Translations under genes and position numbers: made by a program | Part shown: positions 60,150 to 64,000 of the stretch, piece by piece | Layout: every line of letters begins with the position of its first letter | How positions within the stretch are numbered: the stretch's first letter is position 1 | Source of the DNA: Firmicutes bacterium UBA1191 | Lineage (GTDB): Bacteria; Bacillota; Clostridia; Peptostreptococcales; Anaerovoracaceae | Length of the DNA stretch: 64,000 nucleotides | Direction of reading: 5' to 3' | Assembly (NCBI GenBank): GCA_002310095.1 | Contig: DBYH01000018.1 | Location: forward strand, 435-64,434 | The notes under the pieces: model-generated | Told to the model about the DNA's origin: nothing | What the model saw: the letters and a program-made list of their open reading frames with translations, nothing else | The model's database searches: none

Positions 60150-61568
60150 ATGGAATACACTGTCGAACAGATAAAAAGCATAGTCGAGGCCCAGCGCGCT
60201 TACTTCCGCAAAGGCGAGACCCTCGACGTGAGCTGGCGCGTCAGACAGCTGAAACGCCTCAAGACTCAAATGCAGATCCACGAAAAAGAAATCACCGACG
60301 CTCTGGCGGCCGACCTTGGCCGAAGCGAGACGGAAGCCTATTTCTGCGACGTGGGCACGGTCATCCTGGAGATAAACGAAATGATCCAGGGCGTCAGGCG
60401 CTGGGCGAAACCCCAGCTGCGCTACAGCGGCATGACCTGCTTCCCGAGCCTGCTCACCCGGGTCTACCACAAGCCTTACGGCACGGCGCTGATCATAAGC
60501 CCGTTCAACTTCCCGTTCACCCTCACCTTCGGCGTACTCGCCGCGAGCATCGCGGGCGGAAACACGGCTGTGATCAAGACAAGCTCCAAGACGCCGCGCT
60601 GCACCGAGGTCATGATGAAGATGGTCAGCGAGTTATTCCCTGAGGAGTACATCACCGTCATCGGCGGCGGGCACGACGTGGCCGACATGTGTCTCGACCA
60701 GCGCTTTGACAAGATCTTCTACACCGGTTCGCCTGCCGTGGCCAAACATGTTATGGCCAAGGCCGCTGAGAACCTCACCCCTGTCGCCCTGGAACTGGGC
60801 GGCGAGACGGGCAACTGGTGCATAGTCAGAAAGGACGCGGATCTCAAGGACGCCGCCCGCAAGATAGCTTTCTTCAAGCTCTGCAACAGCGGCCAGATCT
60901 GCATCAACATAAATCAGGTGGCGGTGGCCGAGGAAGTCGCCGACGAGTTCCTCGAGGAACTGAGCGCCGCCTTCGAGAGCCAGATTGGAGAGGACGCCCT
61001 GAAAAACGACGAATATCCACGTCTAATCTCCAAGATCGCCTATTTCAAGTGCTCTGACGAGGCGGACGAGTACAGAGACCGCATCATCTACGGAGGCAAA
61101 GGCAACCCGGAGACTCTCCGCTTCCAGCCTACGGTCATCTACCCTGTTTCGGCCGACGAGCCGATCGTGCAGCACGAGCTCTTCTCGCCGCTGCTTCCGG
61201 TGGTGCCGTTTGCCGACTCCGAAGTTGACAGTATTCTCGACATAATCGCCGGCCGCGAACACGGCCTGGCTCTCTACATATTCACAAAAGACATCCGCTG
61301 GGCCAATCACGTCATGGAGACTCAGCAGTTCGGCGGCGGATGCATCAACGAAGTCTGCCTGCACATGATGGTCAAGGGCGCGCCGTTCAACGGCACCGGC
61401 CACTCAGGCATGGGCGCCTACCACGGTGTCTGGGGATTCCGGGAATTCACCCACCCTTGCACCGTTCTCAGAGGCTCGACAAAGCTCAACCTGCCTTTGC
61501 GCGAGCACCCTTACACGGGGAACGGCAACGAATATAAGCTGAAAGTGCTCAAGTACTTCGAGCGCTGA
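60150..61568 (+). CDS. Aldehyde dehydrogenase (class 3-like)
   Basis: PFNFP, FYTGS, LELGG, catalytic NSGQIC, ELFSP, PFNGTGHSGMGAYHG. Start at ATG 60150 after GAAAGGA. Confidence 0.9.
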   Translation: MEYTVEQIKSIVEAQRAYFRKGETLDVSWRVRQLKRLKTQMQIHEKEITDALAADLGRSETEAYFCDVGTVILEINEMIQGVRRWAKPQLRYSGMTCFPSLLTRVYHKPYGTALIISPFNFPFTLTFGVLAASIAGGNTAVIKTSSKTPRCTEVMMKMVSELFPEEYITVIGGGHDVADMCLDQRFDKIFYTGSPAVAKHVMAKAAENLTPVALELGGETGNWCIVRKDADLKDAARKIAFFKLCNSGQICININQVAVAEEVADEFLEELSAAFESQIGEDALKNDEYPRLISKIAYFKCSDEADEYRDRIIYGGKGNPETLRFQPTVIYPVSADEPIVQHELFSPLLPVVPFADSEVDSILDIIAGREHGLALYIFTKDIRWANHVMETQQFGGGCINEVCLHMMVKGAPFNGTGHSGMGAYHGVWGFREFTHPCTVLRGSTKLNLPLREHPYTGNGNEYKLKVLKYFER

Positions 61569-61588
61569 CCGCTGAAAAAGAGCATAGA

Positions 61589-61613
61589 AAAACCCCGCGA
61601 CATGCGGGGTTTT
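61589..61613. terminator. Bidirectional intrinsic terminator
   Basis: AAAACCCCGC-GACAT-GCGGGGTTTT between convergent genes. Confidence 0.85.
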
Positions 61614-61642
61614 GTGTTGCCAATCAATTGTGACATCCTTGT

Positions 61643-62212
61643 TTACTCTGCCGGTTCGCCATCCAGCTCGATCTCTTTAGCAAACTCCTCCATGCCGCGG
61701 GCGCAGATCTCCGCCACGTCGCGGAGTTCCATGCCCAGCATCTCACAGCCTTTCAGAATAATCTCGCGGTCGCAGCCGGCAGCGAATCTCTTGTCTTTGA
61801 ACCGCTTCATGATGCCCTTAGTTGCCATGTTGTGAATTCCTTCCGGGCGCATGCGCGCGTATGCCTGAATGATGCCGGTCAGTTCATCTACGGCAAACAG
61901 GCTCTTCTCCATGTTGGTGATCGGTTCTACATCCGTGCAGATTCCATAGCCGTGAGCCATGATCGCGCGGACGTCCTCAGGGTCGACCCCCTCTGCCAGC
62001 AGTTCCTGCTCCGTGTGCTGCAGGTGCTCCTCCGGAAACTTTTCGTAATCGTAGTCGTGCAGATATCCCACCGCCTGCCAGTGCTCTTTGTCCTCGCCGA
62101 AGTGCTCGGCCATTGCTCCCATGGCGCCCATGACGTTGGTGGCGTGGATAATCAGCGCGTGATCCGTCACCATCGTCGCGTTTATTTCCTTCGCTCTTTC
62201 AAGTGTAAGCAT
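61643..62212 (-). CDS. HD/HDIG-domain hydrolase
   Basis: H...LHDYDYE...EH...AIMAH...DELTG...FKDKRFAAG pattern. Confidence 0.85.
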   Translation of the reverse strand: MLTLERAKEINATMVTDHALIIHATNVMGAMGAMAEHFGEDKEHWQAVGYLHDYDYEKFPEEHLQHTEQELLAEGVDPEDVRAIMAHGYGICTDVEPITNMEKSLFAVDELTGIIQAYARMRPEGIHNMATKGIMKRFKDKRFAAGCDREIILKGCEMLGMELRDVAEICARGMEEFAKEIELDGEPAE

Positions 62213-62369
62213 GATTGTTCTCCTCTTTGTTTTTTCCGGCGCCGCAAGGCGCGGCCGCCCTATAGTAGAAGTTTAACACCTGCAGGACTGCCTTTGCAAT
62301 TGTATTTGCTTGACTGTACAGCGTATGTAGCAGATAATTGCCACAGAGGGGTAATTCAGGAGGTGCATT

Positions 62370-63533
62370 ATGCAAAACGAAATCAGAGGCGAATACAGCA
62401 AGTATATAAATGAAGCCCGCCGCGCGGCGCCGACGCCGGCCAACATCTGCAGGCCTGACGGAACCTGCGAGTTCGGTACTTTCGACAGGGAATTCGAGGC
62501 CATGGATTTTCTGAAGCTCAAAGGCCCGACTCACCTGCCGAACGCTTTCAACAGACTCAAGCTGACACTGTGGGAAGCCACGGAAGTTCACTTTGAGCAC
62601 GGCGTGCTGCTGGCGGTCGTGTGCGACATGGGCATCTTCGGCAAGACGCTGAATGTCTTCTACGACAAGCGCACAAAGAAGACTTACTGCTGGGACACGA
62701 ACCTGAAGAGCAAAGAAACTCAGATCGCTCCGAACCTGATCAACGGTTCAGTGGCTTACGCCGAGACGCCGGTCAGCTTCGTAAGATACGAGAACACGCT
62801 CAATGAAAACCGCATCGATCTTTCGGGCGCCCACAAAGGCAAGTGCCTCATCACCAACCCGCGCGCGGACAAGACAGCCGTCGCGGCGATGAAGGAAAAC
62901 TACGGCGAGGCGGAGATCTTCTACGATCTGCACCTAAACAGAATCTCCAATCCGAACATCGGAAGCATCCCGTTCTCGGAGACCAAGCCGAGACCGCTCT
63001 ACTCCCAGAAGGACTTTTTCAAAGCCGAGGGTTTCCTGACTATCAACGGCGAGAAGATGGAGTGCGACGAGAACACGGTCGCGGTCGTCGACGACCACAG
63101 GGGCTACTACCCGCGCAAGGCGCACTACGACTGGGTAACAACTCTGGGCCGCTACAATTTCAACGGCGAGAAGAAATATCTGGCCTTCAACCTGACCCGC
63201 AACCAGTCCATCGACCAGGAGAAGTACAACGAAAACATCCTGTGGCTCGAGGGCGCTTCGAGCCTTCTGCCGCCGGTCACCTTCACCCGCGAGCCTGAGA
63301 CGAAGGACTTCAAAAACTACGCCGAATGGAAGATCAAGGACGAGTACGGCATGGTCGATCTCACTTTCAAGGTCTACAGCCTGAACCCGATGATCATGCA
63401 TGCGGGCGTCGTTAACATCGACTACTACATCACCTTCGGCGAACTGGAGGGCTACATCCTCGACGAGGCCGGCACAAAGTACGACCTCACCGGCTGCATG
63501 GGCATGGGCGAGGACAAGACGCTTCTCCTGTAA
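62370..63533 (+). CDS. Uncharacterised protein, DUF2804-like
   Basis: 387 aa with RBS GGAGG. Pattern FG.F...L..WE...YSQK...DDHRGYYP...YDW...NENILW resembles DUF2804 (recognised from memory, not searched). Confidence 0.6.
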   Translation: MQNEIRGEYSKYINEARRAAPTPANICRPDGTCEFGTFDREFEAMDFLKLKGPTHLPNAFNRLKLTLWEATEVHFEHGVLLAVVCDMGIFGKTLNVFYDKRTKKTYCWDTNLKSKETQIAPNLINGSVAYAETPVSFVRYENTLNENRIDLSGAHKGKCLITNPRADKTAVAAMKENYGEAEIFYDLHLNRISNPNIGSIPFSETKPRPLYSQKDFFKAEGFLTINGEKMECDENTVAVVDDHRGYYPRKAHYDWVTTLGRYNFNGEKKYLAFNLTRNQSIDQEKYNENILWLEGASSLLPPVTFTREPETKDFKNYAEWKIKDEYGMVDLTFKVYSLNPMIMHAGVVNIDYYITFGELEGYILDEAGTKYDLTGCMGMGEDKTLLL

Positions 63534-63599
63534 GAGCCAAAGGCAACCTTAAGCAAAGGCAACCCGACTCTTGCCCCAATCCCTGACAAGGTACCTGAC

Positions 63600-64000
63600 A
63601 TGACTAATCCAAATGACAGACCGTATGTGATCTGCCACATGCAGACATCCATCGACGGCAGGATAAGCGGAAAGTTTTTCTTTACGCCTGCCGCGGAGGC
63701 CGTCTACGAAAGCGACAACGAAATACGCAAAGGCTACCGCGCCGACGCTGTAATGAACGGCGCGGTAACTTGCGGCGAAATATATTCGGATGGGTTCCTC
63801 ACGGCGCGTCCGGCGGATTGTGACGCCGCGGATGGAGTCGCCGCTGGTGTTGCGGCCCGCGGGGCCTCCGACACCCTGCGTGAGGACTTCGCCGCCGAGC
63901 CTTATCTGAACAACTACATCGTCTGCGTGGATACCAAAGGCACCCTCAAGTGGAGCGGCAATTCCGTCACTCACAGAGGCATGCCGCCGGCTCACGTCAT
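63600..64000 (+). CDS. RibD C-terminal/dihydrofolate reductase family protein (truncated by window end)
   Basis: My translation from ATG 63600 is MTNPNDRPYVICHMQTSIDGRISG...YIVCVDTKGTLKW..., open to the window end. It is absent from the ORF track because there is no stop codon. Confidence 0.8.
   Translation, partial: MTNPNDRPYVICHMQTSIDGRISGKFFFTPAAEAVYESDNEIRKGYRADAVMNGAVTCGEIYSDGFLTARPADCDAADGVAAGVAARGASDTLREDFAAEPYLNNYIVCVDTKGTLKWSGNSVTHRGMPPAHV

Noticed and set aside
63549-63995. 148-aa minus-strand ORF at the window end
   Set aside because: It is the antisense shadow of the plus-strand RibD-like gene starting at 63600.

Overview
This 64-kb window is a gene-dense, moderately GC-rich chromosomal segment. 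Gene content and order (codY, hslVU, dprA, glgCD, BirA-controlled bioY) point to an anaerobic Clostridia/Firmicutes genome; this is inferred, not searched. In order, it holds tRNA-Thr; a minus-strand run yraN-comM-dprA-topA-hslV-hslU-codY-hflX-yigZ; trkA-trkH-trkH; hppA; and a glycolytic block rpoN-gap-pgk-tpiA-eno-secG. It continues with two tandem ~1,330-aa secreted S8 proteases with Kelch-like and Ig-like modules, small metabolic genes and bioY. A complete divergent glycogen cluster follows (gap2-glgA-glgP / glgB-glgC-glgD-GH13-ATP-grasp-pgm / malQ). The window ends with a repeat-rich SH3 lipoprotein, a membrane-anchored clostripain-like protease, an aldehyde dehydrogenase, an HD protein, DUF2804 and a truncated RibD-like gene. 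I saw no CRISPR array, prophage, transposase or integrase. The most striking unexplained signal is the non-palindromic 9-mer GCAAARGCA (usually followed by G or A). I counted at least 47 exact copies by hand, against about 1 expected for random sequence. Copies lie on both strands, in five reading frames inside genes, in many intergenic regions and as inverted pairs. This pattern resembles the DNA uptake sequences of Neisseriaceae and Pasteurellaceae, which I do not know to be described in Firmicutes.
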